Assembly: GCA_964202365.1 (NCBI GenBank)
Contig: CAXNIN010000001.1
Location: 1-52,848 of the forward strand
Source: Myxococcota bacterium
GTDB taxonomy: Bacteria > Myxococcota_A > UBA796 > SXON01
Direction: 5' to 3'
Length of the DNA stretch: 52,848 bases
Below, piece after piece: positions 51,796-52,848 of this stretch. Made by a program: the position numbers and the translations under genes. Each line of letters opens with the position of its first letter. Position 1 is the stretch's first letter. The notes under the pieces are model-generated. The model was not told where the DNA came from. It made no database searches and saw only the letters and a program-made list of their open reading frames with translations.

Positions 51796-52518
51796 CTACA
51801 ACCAGCCCAACGAACGCACGTTTTCGAGGAGCACGCCGCGGACATCCTCGCCGCGGAGGCGCTCCATGGCGTCCACGATGTGCCCGAGGTAGCTCGGCTC
51901 GCTTCGGCCGCGGCAGGGGCGCGGGCACTGGTCCGGGCCGTCGGTTTCGGCGAGGAGCCGGTGGAGCGGCACGCGAAGCAGCGCCGCCACGGGCTTGCGG
52001 GCGGTCTCCCAGGTGACCGCACCCGCGAAGGAGATGTGCAGGCCGAGCGCCGTGTAGATGTCTACCAGCTCGGGGCCACCCGAGTAGCTGTGCATCACGC
52101 CGCGCACGGGGGCCCAGCGCTGGAGTACGGGCACCATGCGGTGGTGCGCGCGGAAGCAGTGGAGGATGACAGGGAGGCCGCTCTCGCGGGCGAGGGCGAG
52201 GTGGGCGTGGAGCACGCGCTCCTGGTCGTCCATTGGCACGGGGGTGGGGCCGTCGAGGCCGCACTCGCCGATGGCGGAGGCGCCGTCGAGGTCGGTCGGA
52301 ACGGCGCGGCTCACGGGCAGGTTCTGCGGGTGCGTGCCGACGCCGAAGCGCAGGCCATGTGTTTCCGCGAGCCGACGCACCGAGGGCCACTGCGCCTCGA
52401 GCACGCCGGGGACGAACATCCCGGCGAGCCCGGCGGCGGCGGCGCGCGCGACGACGTCGTCCCGGTCCGCGTCGAAGCGCGGGTCGTCGAGGTGGCAAGG
52501 CGTGTCGAACAGCGCCAC
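51796..52518 (-). CDS. TatD-family metal-dependent hydrolase (DNase)
   Basis: 240 aa with a GTG start. 'FDTPCHLD', 'IGECGLD', 'PVILHCFRAH', 'GVMHSYSG', 'LLAETDGP' match TatD/amidohydrolase metal-ligand motifs. Confidence 0.85.
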   Translation of the reverse strand: MALFDTPCHLDDPRFDADRDDVVARAAAAGLAGMFVPGVLEAQWPSVRRLAETHGLRFGVGTHPQNLPVSRAVPTDLDGASAIGECGLDGPTPVPMDDQERVLHAHLALARESGLPVILHCFRAHHRMVPVLQRWAPVRGVMHSYSGGPELVDIYTALGLHISFAGAVTWETARKPVAALLRVPLHRLLAETDGPDQCPRPCRGRSEPSYLGHIVDAMERLRGEDVRGVLLENVRSLGWL

Positions 52519-52530
52519 GGGGGCGCCGGT

Positions 52531-52848
52531 TCAGTTGGCGGTGCCGCGGACCGGCGCGTCGCCGCTCCACGTGATCACGAACTCGGCGCGGCGGTTCTGG
52601 GTCCACGCGGTCTCGGCGGTGCGGCCGTCGAGGGGGCGCTCTTCGCCGTAGGACACGCTCTTCACGCGGCTCGACGAGACGCCGCCCGCGAGGAGGTAGC
52701 GCACCACGGCGTCCGCGCGCTTCTGGCCGAGCGCGATGTTGTAGTCGGTGGTGCCGCGCTCGTCGGCGTGGCCCTGGACTTCGAGCTTGATGTCCCCGTA
52801 TTCCTTCTTGATCGCGGCGTTCGCGTCGAGCGCGGACTTGCCGTCGGC
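52531..52848 (-). CDS. OmpA/Pal-family peptidoglycan-binding protein, C-terminal part (5' end outside the window)
   Basis: Hand translation of the minus strand gives '...LEVQGHADERGTTDYNIALGQKRADAVVRYLLAGGVSSSRVKSVSYGEERPL...NRRAEFVITW...*' with the stop at 52531-52533. This ORF is not in the supplied track because it is open at the window edge. Confidence 0.85.
   Translation of the reverse strand, partial: ADGKSALDANAAIKKEYGDIKLEVQGHADERGTTDYNIALGQKRADAVVRYLLAGGVSSSRVKSVSYGEERPLDGRTAETAWTQNRRAEFVITWSGDAPVRGTAN

Noticed and set aside
48751-52022. Minus-strand ORFs 48751..50298 (515 aa) and 50106..52022 (638 aa)
   Set aside because: They are antisense to pgi and to the lipoprotein gene, both of which have strong signatures. 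Their composition is Arg/Gly/Glu/Pro-biased.
51796-52518. TatD-family hydrolase as the missing QatD partner of the QueC-like gene
   Set aside because: It lies ~22 kb from the QueC-like gene, beyond the tRNA-Asn element boundary. It sits among housekeeping-type genes, is flanked by host REP-like repeats, and is part of no shared operon. It is most likely the ordinary chromosomal tatD-type gene.

Overview
High-GC bacterial chromosomal segment (about 70% in hand-counted 60-nt lines). Many long antisense ORFs in the six-frame track are Arg/Pro/Gly-rich composition artefacts. Positions ~1-41,487 look like an integrated mobile element. Its right junction is a tRNA-Asn(GUU) gene (41411..41487, minus strand), and the stop codon of a large serine recombinase (39785..41452) lies inside that tRNA. 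The left end is not reached in the window.

The element contains, left to right:
- a small resolvase-type serine recombinase;
- a ~17-kb leftward gene block: ORFan and beta-rich proteins, a (GDDL)11 repeat protein, a 1740-aa fused N6-methyltransferase/SNF2-helicase, a lysozyme-like protein, a C5 DNA methyltransferase and a GHKL-ATPase/HExxH protein;
- a divergent control region with a phased ~21-bp repeat array;
- a rightward regulatory block: two XRE HTH proteins, a YjzC-like protein, an ECF-like sigma factor, an ImmA-type metallopeptidase and a DUF3892-like protein;
- a GGCCACACC 9-mer array next to a PrimPol plus VirE-type helicase replication module;
- a tightly coupled seven-gene leftward operon next to the integrase: truncated HhH protein, UvrD-like helicase, Cas4-like PD-(D/E)XK nuclease, type III Mod, type III Res with a C-terminal LexA-like S24 domain, an ORFan and a 679-aa QueC-like PP-loop protein.

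I consider this operon the best candidate for a composite or undescribed defence system.

Right of the tRNA the genes look like ordinary core genes: metzincin lipoprotein, beta-helix protein, calpain-like protease, S11 penicillin-binding protein, COG0523 GTPase, FKBP, pgi, a lipoprotein, a TatD-family hydrolase and a partial OmpA/Pal-like gene.

No rRNA or CRISPR array was seen. All functional calls rest on motifs read by eye. No database search was run.
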